Shown: one piece after another, positions 1-12,724 of the stretch
How the letters are laid out: each line of letters begins with the position of its first letter
Position numbering within the stretch: the stretch's first letter is position 1
Assembly: GCA_001600815.1 (NCBI GenBank)
Contig: BCKZ01000002.1
Location: forward strand, 310,001-374,000
DNA: 64,000 nucleotides
Reading direction: 5' to 3'
From: Alloascoidea hylecoeti
Taxonomy: Eukaryota
Notes under the pieces: generated by a model
What the model saw: the letters and a program-made list of their open reading frames with translations, nothing else
Told to the model about the DNA's origin: nothing
Database searches by the model: none
Position numbers and translations under genes: made by a program

Positions 1-1
1 T

Positions 2-883
2 TTGAGGGAAAAAACGGACATCGATCTATTGGGTAGAGATACTCGAATGAACTCAAACAATTCAAAATCTTCATTCCCACCACCGGTAGTTGCAAGACCT
101 TTTCCTGCAAGGACAAGGAATGGGAGCAACACATATTTTTCTCAATATTCAACAAGAAGCTCTAATTCAACTTTTCCAATAGATGAAGAAGTGCCTCCTC
201 GTAATTCTAATAGGGTTGAATTACTTATAGATAACAATGCAGTTATAGGTGATTATGAGGCTGATGCTGGTCATGGTGTTTACGTCGGGGATGATAATAG
301 TGCTGGATCTATATCGATATCTTCTTTAACAACTACTGATAATGATTCTATTGAAGTGCAAAACATTGAGAAGGGCTCTCGTGCATTCTCACCTGAACGA
401 TTTCAGCATAATAAAGGAAAAGAAATAAGGACTCCTAGTATTGCTGAAAGTTCATATCTCAACGAAACTAATGAACTTGAAAGAACTAATTCGTATGAAA
501 ATAACGATGAAGAAATTAAATTCAGTGCTGTCGTATTACAGAATATGGAAAGCCATAGTTCACTCTCGTTTTCTCAAGGCAGAGGTAGTGATGATGTTAG
601 TATTAACGAAAGAGAAATAAATAAAAATAGTGTTCTTCAGGTTGTTAATTATATTTCTGAAGATGATTCATCAAAAGAAAAAGGCAATGAAAATGAAAAT
701 GAAAATATCTCCACAGATAGTGAATCAGAAGTTGGTTATTATGGACTCGATGAGGGAGGTCAGGCAACAGCAGATCGTATGATTTCAATATATAGGGGTT
801 ATATGAACAATGGTACGATGATAAGAAAAGATACAGGAACGGAGAATTCGAATAGGGAATCAGTTGCAGAAGAAATACTATGA
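2..883 (+). CDS. Partial (5'-truncated by window) Ser/Asn/Glu-rich low-complexity protein of unknown function; 3' part may be decayed
   Basis: 293-aa ORF open from the window edge, disordered composition, no recognised domain. Confidence 0.5.
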   Translation: MREKTDIDLLGRDTRMNSNNSKSSFPPPVVARPFPARTRNGSNTYFSQYSTRSSNSTFPIDEEVPPRNSNRVELLIDNNAVIGDYEADAGHGVYVGDDNSAGSISISSLTTTDNDSIEVQNIEKGSRAFSPERFQHNKGKEIRTPSIAESSYLNETNELERTNSYENNDEEIKFSAVVLQNMESHSSLSFSQGRGSDDVSINEREINKNSVLQVVNYISEDDSSKEKGNENENENISTDSESEVGYYGLDEGGQATADRMISIYRGYMNNGTMIRKDTGTENSNRESVAEEIL

Positions 884-2400
884 TAAGTCTGCTGAATCCA
901 AAAGAAAATAATAATGAGCTAGATATAGCATATCAATGCACAAACTCTCGATTATGAAAGCACAGCGTAATCAAAACCACGTTACGAGACTGGATCCCGA
1001 TCGTGAGGAGGTTGAAATCAGTAGCGGATGATTACATTCTATATTGGCAATTGATACTAGCTCATCTGTTGAAGCTTCGGATTCGGAGCTAGAAATAATG
1101 ATAGTCTCGATAGGAGCCTAAGCTATGGCTCTGGTCAAGATCAACTTCAGCTACAGCAGATGATACTGTTACACTCATCTCGAAACTTTTTCTTTCAATT
1201 GAGACAGAATAAGAATAAGAATAATAATCATCATAAAAATTCGACTGATAGTAATATATCAATTTCTCTTATCTACATTCACAAAACCCTCCGATACAGA
1301 ACAATTACAATTAATATTCCCAACAACATACATCGAATGACATACACATCTCTATCATTATTGCAACTATATTTAGAGCAACAATCCGAAGCACAACTAC
1401 TTCCAGGCTGTTCCCACCTGCACCTACTAACTCTTACTCTCAACAACCTTATTAAATGGAATAGTATAATCAATCTTTTTCATCAGTATCTGGAGCTCTG
1501 TCAGCAGAATATAATTCAAATGGAACAGTTTGAAATAAGTAAATTGGAATAAATAGTGATAGATATGCTCTATTACAACGAAACATCTATGAAGATACGA
1601 ATACAAATTCAAATCTAAATTCTACAGATATAAAGCGAGAACAACATTAACCCAAAATTGATATTTATTATTAATATATTTTATTTGTTTCGATTGTATG
1701 CAAAGCTATAGGAAAATATAATAAAAAAAGACTAGTTCTAAAGTATAATAACCCATGATAAATTAAATGCAAATTAAACTTCGCATTATCTCTAGATATA
1801 TTGGATTTTGTCTCAATTCATCAGACTTCTATGGTATGTATGTACCAGGCTTATAAGCTTACATGTATTTTTTTAGCATTGTTGTAAATCCTATATAGCC
1901 AATTGAGTCGGTTTTCTGTTTGTATTTTAAGACTGAAGTACACTAATATGTGATCATAAAGAATATGATAAACATCTATAATTAAGGAACTTCATCAAAT
2001 TCTGGCTTATATGGAAGCCGTAAATGCAACTACGTCACTTTTGTTCTCGAAATATCTTTTTTGCAATTGAACTCTCGACATTTAATCTCTTCTTTATAAT
2101 AATTAATCGATATGTGTATAGCTCTCTCATTTAGCCAAATATTCTGTTACTAGCCTTCTAGTCATATGCTTATAAAAGATGATAATCTTTAAAAAAATAC
2201 ATGCATTTAAGCCGCACGCAAACTTAAGAGTGATGTGTAAATTTAAAGTGAAGCTACAATTGCAGTAAAAAAAGAGTATAATTAGACCAAAAAACATAAA
2301 CATTATCTTAACACTATGTTATGCCAACTATCCAGCCTCAATTATAACAATTTCGACTAGAAATTTAGAATAATTATAAATAAAAACATTATCTACCTGT

Positions 2401-2408
2401 CCGGGTAA
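2401..2408 (+). promoter_or_regulatory. Reb1-type site CCGGGTAA upstream of UBP15
   Basis: Exact motif about 260 nt upstream of the ATG; the same motif (TTACCCGG) lies at 16860 in the AIM7/RPS13 promoter. Confidence 0.45.
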
Positions 2409-2665
2409 TCTTCTACCAATCCTACATTTATTTCCACGTTTTGAGGACCAGAAGCTTCAGTCAGTTGGATATGGAGGAGGTGATCGAATGAAGATCGTAG
2501 AAAGTGATAATGTAGTCGTAGTCCGGGTTGTAAATTTGTGCTGGTCTAGATAAAATATCAAAGATTTGTAGTGAAGATCACATTATGAATAATCTGATGA
2601 TGGGTTGTCTTTAAAACCTCTTTCCCCTTTCTCTCACTATTTTAGGTACTACAATCAAATCAATA

Positions 2666-5600
2666 ATGCCTTTTTCAGATACGATCCACACGGTAAGTTT
2701 AATGATCAATCTGCTGATTATTGGCTGTATTCTAACATACGAATAGGACGACGAGCCGGATCAGGCACATAATCCGGAAAGTCCACAGGAGTCGGAACAA
2801 TCTCCTCGTGCCATCCAGTCTGCCGTGGATGCCCCATCTGCCGCAGATTTTGACACCATGAGAAAACTAGTTCTACCTCCAATCGAAAATGCAGAGCCAT
2901 TTGCTGAGACGACACACACTTGGACCATCACCAATTACTCTTCTTTGCCTCAAAAAGCACATGGTCCAAAATTTGACTGTGGCGGATTTGAATGGGGTGT
3001 TCTTCTCTTCCCACAAGGTAATGGTGCTTCGTCTATGTCATTGTACTTGGAAGCAACTCATCCTCCAAAAAAATACGACGGTTTTACTGATGAAGTCGAT
3101 GATAGTTGGGCTGTATGTGCACAATTCGGACTCGTCATCTGGAACCCAGAGCATCCCGAGATCTTTCACCGCAACACAGCAAACCATAGATTTTACTCCG
3201 ACGAGTCAGACTGGGGGTTCACAAAGTTCCAAGACCTTCACGCTTTAACTCAGAGAACTAAGGATAAGCCAGCCCTGTTAGAAGGAGACTCAATTAGCAT
3301 AACCGCATATGTTCGTGTCATGAAGGATCCCACTGGTGTTCTTTGGCACAACTTCCTGAAGTATGATTCGAAAAAGTCAACTGGTCATGTTGGATTGAAA
3401 AATCAGGGTGCTACTTGTTATTTAAATTCATTGTTACAATCTCTTTTTTTCACAAAGACTTTTCGTAAATCGGTTTATCACATTCCTACAGAAAATGATG
3501 TGCCTGTTAATAGTGTTCCATACTCACTGCAACGATTGTTTTATCAACTACAAGTATCGCCACATCCGATCGATACCCTAGAACTAACTCAATCTTTTGG
3601 TTGGGACTCTGCAGATGCTTTTACCCAGCATGATGTACAAGAATTACTTCGAGTTTTAATGGATAACTTGGAAGGCAAAATGAAAGGTACATCCGTTGAA
3701 AAAAGTTTGAATGAAACCTTTGTTGGAAAAATGAAGAGTTTTATTAAATGTGTTAATGTTGATTTTGAAAGCTCAAGATCTGAAGAATATTGGGATATTC
3801 AATTGAATGTCAAAGGAATGAAAACGGTTGAAGATTCTTTTAAAGATTATATACAAGTCGAAATGTTAGAAGGTGAAAATCAATACGAGGCTACAGGCTT
3901 AGGCTTACAAGATGCTAAGAAAGGTGTTGTTTTCCAAAGTTTCCCACCCGTTCTGCATTTACAATTGAAACGATATGAATATGATTTCAATAGAGATGTT
4001 ATGGTAAAGATCAACGATAGATACGAATTCCCACCAGAGATTGACTTATCACCTTATCTGGATCATGATCCCTCTGTGCACAATAGCACCAACAAAGATG
4101 ACTATAAATATATATTACATGGCGTTTTGGTCCATTCTGGTGATGTTAATGCTGGTCATTATTATGCTTTAATCAAACCAAATGCAAATGGTGATTGGTT
4201 TAAATTTGACGATGATAGGGTCACTCGTGCAACAGATATAGAGGTATATGAGGATAACTTTGGTGCTGATATAGGTGCAATTGCCCCTAAATTTTCTAAT
4301 CGTTTAATGTATAACAAGTATCAAATTAAACGACACACAAGTGCTTATATGCTTGTTTATATAAGAAAAACTTCGATTACAGATATATTGGCACCTGTCT
4401 TGGATACAGATGTGCCACGACATATTCCTGAAAAACTGGAACAAGAAGCCAAGGAAATGGAAAAAGCATTAAAAGAACAAGAAGAGATGCCTTTATATCT
4501 AAATGCTCGTGTTTTCCATCCAAAGAGCTTTGAAGCATACCAAGGTTTTGATTTAGGACCAGATGAAAAAACATCAACTCCCGATCTTCCAGAAGAAGCT
4601 TATCCCCTTCAATTACGTGTACTAAAGACCATGCCATTTAAAGACTTTGTTAAACTAGTCGCAGCACAATTGGGTTATAAAAGCGATAAAGATATTAGGT
4701 TGTGGATTTTGGTCAATAGACAAAATAGGACCGTTAGACCGGATGTACCGATTCTAACTGATACTGAAGCTTCCGTTGATAAAGTCAGAGAAGCAATGTC
4801 TGTAAAATCCCAAATCTTACGTATATGGGTTGAAGAGAAACAACAACAACAGTTTGCATTACCATCGGTTTTAACGAATTTCAAAGAAAAAGGACAAGAT
4901 CAAGAATGGATTATTGAACCTACTGCTATAGACCCACATTCTCTTATCTTTCTCAAATATTTTGATCCGTTTACACAAACGATTAAAGGTATTGGTCATT
5001 TCATTATTAGTGATGGGGATCTCGTCGGTGATTTATATCCATTCATTAATAAATTGATGGGATGGCCTAAAGAAACCGTACTAAAATTGTTTGAAGAGAT
5101 TCAACCTCTAAATATATCTGAAATGAAGCCTGATTTAACATTTTCACAAGCGGAAATTCAAAATGGTGATATAATTTGTTTTGAAAAGCAATATTCAAAA
5201 GAAGAATTGGCTCCATTAAATGAAACAAATTATGTTGATGCTAAGAGTTTTTATGATTACCTAAACCATCGTGTTCAAATTAGTTTTCGACCATATGTTC
5301 ATCATGAAGATGATGAAAATGAAGAAGAAAGAGAATTTAATGACGATGATACAATTACAGTCGATCCTGAGGAGGAAGTTGAAAATGACAATACTGAAGA
5401 TCTTGAAAAAAGCAAAGTCATTCCTAAGAATTTTAAGATTTGGGTTCATTCAAAAACCTCATATGATGGTCTTGCGCAACTTGTTGGTAATAAGCTAGGA
5501 ATTGATTATACACATTTACGCTTCTATTATACCGGAGGAAATCATAGACAAACCGTTAAAAGATCAAATAGTGCTACGATTCAAACAATCTTTCCTAACC

Positions 5601-6403
5601 TTCAAAATTTTATCAGTCGGTTACATACACAGCAACAGCATCTTCTAGCTTATGAAATTTTAGAAATGAGCCTTGCTGAATTGGAAAATATGAAACTAGT
5701 GAAAATTGCATATTTGCCAGAAGGTTTAGTACATGAACAAAATTTAGAATTTTACATCCCTAAGGATTCAGATGTCGCTACCCTAATCCGACACTTACAA
5801 AAAAAGTTGCAATTATCTGATGATATTGCAAAAGATATAAATGTTTGGGGCACTCATTGGAATAAGTTCAATAAATTATTTTATATGGATTCAGCAGTGT
5901 CTCAAATTCCAGATTCGTTACAGCTTTATGCTAGCCCTTTACCAGAGGAGTCTCAGGCCCTCTCAAATATAGCGCAAAGACCAGTAAGTTTAGGGTCTAT
6001 AAATAAAATTTGGAATGAAGCTAATGGAGATACAGAAGATAAAGATGGCGATTTATTAATGAACTCAGATTCACCCAAACCTCTCGGAATTGTCAAGGTT
6101 TTTCATTATCAAAAGGAACCCAATAGGGTACATGGTGTTCCATTTGCATTCATTCTTTATGAAAATGAACCATTTAGTGAAACTAAGAAAAGATTGCAAC
6201 GAAGACTATGCTTCAAGGATAAGGAATTTGAAAAGGTTAAAGTTGCCATTATACGATCAGGTAGTAGTAAAGCATTTTATCCTTCTGACGAATCAATAAC
6301 TGCTAATGAATTTGAGGCTGAAGATACACTTGGACTGGATCATTTTGATAAAACTTTGCATAGAAAAGGTTATTCAGAGCGTGCAATTTTTATTAAGAAT
6401 TGA
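2666..6403 (+). CDS. UBP15: Ubiquitin-specific protease, USP7/Ubp15 family (MATH + USP + UBL repeats); exons 2666-2692, 2747-6403
   Basis: MATH domain (HRF...DWGF), Cys box GLKNQGATCYLNSLLQ, His box GVLVHSGDVNAGHYY; 54-nt intron GTAAGT..CTAAC..TAG joins the ATG exon in frame. Confidence 0.95.
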
Positions 6404-6494
6404 TTGATGAGTTCTTGCCAGAAATCTCAGTGAGTGAATTATGAAGTGATGCTAGCAGCATATTGAATATAGAAAATAAGGAAAGAAAGAAAGA

Positions 6495-6522
6495 TATAAC
6501 TTATAACTTATAACTTATAACT
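6495..6522. repeat. Tandem heptamer (TATAACT)x4
   Basis: Read directly in the UBP15 3' region. Confidence 0.8.
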
Positions 6523-7349
6523 TAAACATAAATAAGTATGAAATTTAATTTCTAGAATAAGTTTTTTGATTATTGTGTCTTTTTTTTTCTAGCACTTATT
6601 TTTCTAATATTTTGAATTGATTTGATCTTTGCAATTTTTTTATTTAAATTTCTATAAAATAACTATATAATTATATAACAAAACCTCATCACTTCCTTGC
6701 CTTATTTTTATTAGGAAGTTCCCCCTGTTTTGGGATTTTACTTCATCTTATATATCTTATTCTCGATTATCATATTTCTCTAGATACTTGAGATGTTTTG
6801 TTGGATCCATTTTGCTAAAATTCGTTATGGGCATAATTTTAAAGGGAACTCAAAATTATCATCTTATACTTGTTTTATGATAATGATAATCTTGAATTTA
6901 TAAAAAAAATCTATTTATAAATTTAACTTAAAGCACTAACAAGAAGTAGTAGTACTGGTTTAAATTACATATACGTGTAATGATTTTGTGGGAATATTTA
7001 CATATATAATATAGTACTAGTTCTATTTTATGTTTAGGAGAACGTTTTTTATTTAGTTTGTACAATTTCTGGAGATTTGGGGATGGAGGCTAAAAAGTGA
7101 CAATGGAATGAATGGAATGACAATGAGGATAAGTTCCATTCATATTCATCTGGCTGGTAAAATGTAGGATTATAAATTATAAACCCCTGCAACCGTCATA
7201 TCAATATTCCTGTGCCCATAACATTAAGTATTAACAGTGAATATTAATTATGACCTTGCCACAGTAATCAAAAAAAAAAAACAGTAATATATAAGTAATA
7301 TTAACTCAAGAAACTGAAAATAAGTTCATAAAAACAACGTGGCCTCCAA

Positions 7350-10181
7350 ATGCACACCCTAGCTGAATTGACCATAATCGCCAACCAAATTGTTCAAGAA
7401 CAAGACCAAAATATTGCAAATATTCCTGATCTGATACAGATCGCAGTTGTTTTCTTGAAGGAAGTGAGTTATCTTGTCCCTATCCTCCATAACATTTGAT
7501 AAATTAGCTAATTCTCAGTTGAAATTCTTCAGTATAGTAACGACCTAGAAGCCTCAAACATTCAAAAAGCATACACCAATTTTCTTATATACGATGCTAT
7601 TATATCGATTAGTATTCCCAATAGACCGGATTTCCAGAAATTCCAAGAAAAGAAGTCGTCTCCATTGTATACTCTCTATTCGAATCTGGCTGCCATAATA
7701 ACCCAACAAAAAGAGCGCATCCACGAACTTGAACTTCAAATCATAGATAGGCTTAAAGCACAAAAAACCTCCGAAGAAAAGTCATTAACTGTTCATACAG
7801 CACCACTAGTTGGTTCGAATGACTCCTTGGAAGTGGAAAACCTTAAAAAGCCACCCCCAAAAGTGCCTAAACCCAACAAACTACTATTCTGGGGATTCTC
7901 CCAGTCCTCTATTGGTCCCGATACTCTCCTTAAATTTATTGAGTCTGCCCAGTCATCTATACTAATTATAGATGTACGAACAAGAAAGGAATTTGAAGCT
8001 GCACATATTAAATCATCAAATGTTATTTGCATCGAGCCTAGATTAATAAAACCTAATATTAGTGACGATGATATTAGTCAATCACTACATAAGCATGAAA
8101 AAGAACTATTCATGAAAAGAAGCGACTACGAACTAATTATTCTGTATGATGAAGATTCAGAGGCAATTACAGATGAAAATGAATATGAACAGGATGATGT
8201 AAATAAAATACCCCAAATTAAATCTGTATCAGTGGAGCGATTAGAAACGATTACTTTAATGTATAAAGCATTGGTGGTAAAGTCAAATAATATTAATAGT
8301 AAAAAGCTTAAACGACGGCCTTGTCTGCTTGACGGGGGGATAAAATTTTGGACCAAGACTTTTGGCCCACGTTTCATAATCAAGCCTCAACATGATATTA
8401 ATATTAATATTAATATTAACGAAACTACTCCTTTATCTCTTCAATCGTATAAAAAGCTCGGCAGTAGCGCTGGAGATGGTCCGCAGATACAAGCTTCACC
8501 CGGAACTACGTTTATTAGCACTCAAACAGCAGCTGTAACTATGGAAGAATATGATAATGACAAATCTCCCAATTTGAAATCAAATACAAATACTTCTTCT
8601 AGTACCCTCCTTTCTTCTGGGAAATCTTCAGCTTCTTCGTACCTTTATTCCCCCGCTAGTTACAATACTAAGAATATGCAAGTAGACTCAAGTACTACTC
8701 TTCTAAACAGTCATTTGAATGACCCACTTTTAGATTTCTCCGCTAAAACTGGTATTAATAATCTGGGGCCAACATCATTTACAAAAATTGTCTCTGCATC
8801 TCTTCTGGATATTATGGAACAAAAATATCTGCCCTCAGCATCTGAATTAAATAATAATGATAAGACCCCTTTATCAGATAAGAAACCCCTAAATAACGGA
8901 GATACCAATACGGCTGTTAATGTTAAAATCCCATTATCACAAAAGAATAATAATCATGACCCCGTACCCCAGAGTAAGAGTCAATTGCAAGCAGCTCCAG
9001 CAACAACAACTGTAACAACGACATCGATAATAACAACGTCATCAAAACCTTCTTTGCCACCAAAACAATATAGAGAAGAGTTTTACACTGGACTTCGTAA
9101 TTTAGGGAACAGTTGTTACATGAATTGTATACTTCAATGTATAGTTGGTACTCCTGAATTATCAAATATATTTGTTAGCGGTAAGTTTGAAAGATCGATC
9201 AATTCAAATAATAAACTAGGGTATAAAGGAGTTTTTGCAAGGATTTTTTCGACTCTCGTCAAAAATCTATACATTGGAGAAAAAGAATATATTGAACCTA
9301 CGTCTTTTAAATTTTTATGTGGTGATTTAAGAAGTGATTTTAAAGGATCCGACCAACAAGACTGTCTTGAATTTTTAGCCTTTTTACTTGATGGTTTGCA
9401 TGAAGAATTAAATGAATTCGGTGGCCATTCTGCATTACCATTAACCGCAGAACAAGAAATAGCTAGAGAATCAATGTCTGTTAGGCAGGCCTCTACAATT
9501 GAATGGGAAAGATATCTTCGAACCAATTACTCAATTATTACTGATATTTTCCAAGGTCAATATCAAAGTCAATTAAAATGTTTAGTTTGTGGTTCTACTT
9601 CAACAAATTATAACGCATATTCGTTTTTAAGCTTACCAGTACCAGAAACTGGGAGTGATGTTGTTACTTTAGAAGAATGTTTTGAACGTTTTACAAGACC
9701 AGAAGTTCTCAATGGAGATAATATGTGGAATTGTTATAAATGTCGGAAAAGGCAACCATCTATTAAAAAAATGATGATTTCTCGTTTACCCCAGATTTTA
9801 ATTATACATTTAAAAAGATTTAAATCAAATTCAATTGATATCAATAATCCAGGTACAAGTTTTGAAAAATTAAATACTTTTGTATCATATCCTCAGGATT
9901 CAATTCTAGATTTAACAAGATTTTGGCCGAGTATTCAACCACAGGATTTGGAGATTTTAAAACAATTACCATCGAGGGGGCAGGAACCGCCATTCAGATA
10001 TAAACTGTATGGAGTTGTGAATCATGTTGGTTCATTGGTGGATGGTCATTATACCAGTTATGTTCGTAGAGGAAGTTTAGGATGGTGTCATTTTGATGAT
10101 TCGGTAGTTCATACAGGTGAATGGAAAGGGGTTTTAAATCGTGATGCATATGTATTATTCTTTAGAAGGGTTACAAAATAA
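7350..10181 (+). CDS. DOA4: Ubiquitin-specific protease Doa4/Ubp5/USP8 family (MIT-like + rhodanese + USP); exons 7350-7463, 7533-10181
   Basis: Rhodanese ILIIDVR..EF..AHI; Cys box GLRNLGNSCYMNCILQC; His box GVVNHVGSLVDGHY; intron GTGAGT..GCTAAT..CAG gives an in-frame N-terminus with USP8-dimerisation-like AYTNFLIY..IPNRPDF. Confidence 0.9.
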
Positions 10182-10445
10182 TAAAAATCTTAAGCTTGTA
10201 AATAATTTCATATTCATAAAGCCATTTTATATCTAATTATAAGGGGTGAGGGGATCCGTAATAGCACGCGTGTTCTTCAAAACACATATATATATCTGAC
10301 GCCAAATATTAATGTTTTTGCAATCAATCCTTAGAAGAAGAAGAACTATAAGATTCTCCTGTGTCTGATATAAAATTAATACCTTTTAGCTATAGGCAAT
10401 ATTAATACCATAATTTGTTAATGTTTTAAAAATGTTTTAATTATG

Positions 10446-11351
10446 TGCACCCAGTTGTTATTCCACTCACCTTTTAACTAACGTTTAATTTCATATGAAG
10501 ATGTGAAAAGGAGTAATTAACTACCTAACCATATTAAATTAATATTGTCAGGTTGTGCTATATATGACATAACTATAGCTTCATCCTTACAAATATTAAG
10601 CGCTCCAACTGGGTGTACGCATAAGTATATGATTTTATTTCGTTGATTACTACGCGTAATACCTTTTTACTTCAATTACAATTGCAATTGCAAAGCTATA
10701 ACGGCGGAATAGAATGCATACAAATATCTCGAGCTGTGTTTCCAATTGTATCCTAAGGAAATTTAATTATATTGATTTTATAATTGGCTATAAAGTACCG
10801 TACCTTATCTTTAGCCTTTTTATGATAGTGAATGATGACTAGTATGGTACTATAGCTACTATGTAATGGATTTGTGCTTAAAATAGCAATATGAATTTAT
10901 AAAGGTTTCATCGTTCTTCTCATCAGAATTGAAACGTTAACTTGTGATCATGACTATACTATGTTATTCTATATATATATATATAGGTTCTGTGAGTAAT
11001 ATTGATTCTTAAGTTAACTGTGTTTCTGATCGATATCTTCATCGATATCGATTAATATATTGATTATAACTAGCTTATAGTTAACGGCATATAATTAAGT
11101 CCTACCTATACATATAAGTTATAATGCAAGCTTCGTTAACTTGAACAATTTCGAATTCGTAATTGTAAACTAATTAATACATGTTTATGTGAACATTTCC
11201 TTTTATAATTATAATTTCCCACTGGAAATGAAATGTAAAAGGAAGTTCTGATACCGCTAACGGATAAAAGGCACTTATTTAAAAAATTTGTACATGTTTT
11301 ATAAATAGAATATTGATGCAACAGTTTCTAATTTCTCGATGTATGCACCCG
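10446..11351. promoter_or_regulatory. Three Aft1/Aft2-type iron-responsive boxes (YRCACCCR) at 10446, 10610 (reverse) and 11344
   Basis: TGCACCCA, TGGGTGTA and TGCACCCG in an AT-rich spacer upstream of the GPI wall gene. Confidence 0.5.
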
Positions 11352-11567
11352 TAAATATATTCTTAAGCTTCTGGATGACTTAAAATTCTCCCCGATCTCA
11401 AACAGCCACTGAAAAGACTGGACTTTTGAAAATCACAGTGCAACAGGCGTGTCTGATACTATCATATTTATTCGAGCTGCAGTCCTTCTAGAGATCCATG
11501 CAGAAACACCTATACAAGCTGTAATAGCAATACACCTCCGATCTGATATTTTATAATCCTCGATCCT

Positions 11568-11575
11568 TATATAAA
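11568..11575 (+). promoter_or_regulatory. TATA box TATATAAA
   Basis: About 130 nt upstream of ATG 11699, followed by a pyrimidine-rich tract. Confidence 0.6.
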
Positions 11576-11698
11576 GCGATCATTTCCACCAAATTCACTC
11601 CTTTTTCTTCATCGACTGCCGTTCATCCTCTCGTTAATACAAACTTTATACTATACCCAACTAATTTACATTCTTTCTAATCAACTATAATAATCACA

Positions 11699-12724
11699 AT
11701 GCAACCTTCTACTTTATTACCAATTGTCATATACGCTGCTGCTCAAGCCACTGCTGCTTCTGAAATCCCATCCTGTGCAAGCTCTTGTGTTTCTTCTTAT
11801 ACAGGTGGTGAAGCCAATGAGAATGAATTAATTGGATGTGTTTACAATGGATGCGCTGTTTCCGCTTCTAATGTCGCATACTTCACAGCTTTCTTACAAG
11901 AATACAACAACTACTACCAAAGTGTCCTCAGAACACAAGCTGCTGGTATCGATACTACAGCTGTTGCTGGATCAGCTATCGTCTCCATTGCTTCTGTCGT
12001 TGGTGCTAGTGCAACTGTTACCAATCAAGTAGAGGCCTCTGCAACAACCGTTAGCGCTGCTCCAATTGCTACTGCTACTTCTGGATCTGTAGTTATTGTT
12101 TCGGGCTTTGCTTCTGTTGCCCAAGCTAGTGTAGCCACCATTTCTGGTGTTGCTGCCTCTGGTACTGTTGCTTCTGATGCTGCCGTCTCCGCTACAACAG
12201 TTTCTGGTGCTGAAGCTTCAGGTATTCCAGCTGTCTCAACAGTCTCTGGTGCTGTTGTCTCTGGTGTTGCTGTCTCTGGCTCTGTTGCCTCCGGTGCTGC
12301 CGTCTCCGCCGTAACAGTTTCTGGTGCTGAAGCTTCAGGTATTCCAGCTGTCTCCACAGTTGTTTCCAGTGCTTCAGGTATTTCAGCTGTTTCTACCGTT
12401 GGCGTTTCTGCCACTGGCTCAAAGGCCGCTACTGTCACAAGTGCAGCAGCTACCCCATTTAGTTCAGGATATTTCTCTAGTAATTCTACTTTGTCAACCA
12501 TCAGCTCCTCTGGATCATTTTCTAGTTCTTCCAATTCAACTAAAACCTCTTCCAAGAGTAAGAGTACCACAAAGAAAGAAAGCTCTTCTACAACTGCTTC
12601 TATTACTGCTAGTGAATCTGGTGCTTCTGAGAGTGCTTCTTCTACTGGTGCCGCTGCTGCCAACATTGTTGGGGGAACTGGATTTGTTGGTGCCATCGTT
12701 GCCATTGCTGCTTTACTTTTATAA
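11699..12724 (+). CDS. GPI-anchored Ser/Ala/Thr-rich cell-wall mannoprotein with reduced CFEM-like N-terminus
   Basis: Signal peptide, IPSCASSCV..IGCVYNGC, S/A/T/V repeats, C-terminal omega-site context (STGAAA) and hydrophobic tail; strongly biased codons. Confidence 0.85.
   Translation: MQPSTLLPIVIYAAAQATAASEIPSCASSCVSSYTGGEANENELIGCVYNGCAVSASNVAYFTAFLQEYNNYYQSVLRTQAAGIDTTAVAGSAIVSIASVVGASATVTNQVEASATTVSAAPIATATSGSVVIVSGFASVAQASVATISGVAASGTVASDAAVSATTVSGAEASGIPAVSTVSGAVVSGVAVSGSVASGAAVSAVTVSGAEASGIPAVSTVVSSASGISAVSTVGVSATGSKAATVTSAAATPFSSGYFSSNSTLSTISSSGSFSSSSNSTKTSSKSKSTTKKESSSTTASITASESGASESASSTGAAAANIVGGTGFVGAIVAIAALLL
12143..12360 (+). repeat. Intragenic tandem duplication, 117-nt (39-aa) period
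   Basis: Two near-identical copies starting at 12143 and 12260 (..VSGAEASGIPAVSTV..). Confidence 0.85.

Noticed and set aside
2666..10181. Two adjacent USP genes as a tandem duplication
   Set aside because: Different subfamilies (USP7 and USP8 type) with different domain architecture; adjacency probably incidental
12025..12705. 226-aa antisense ORF
   Set aside because: Shadow of the repetitive, codon-biased wall-protein gene on the + strand
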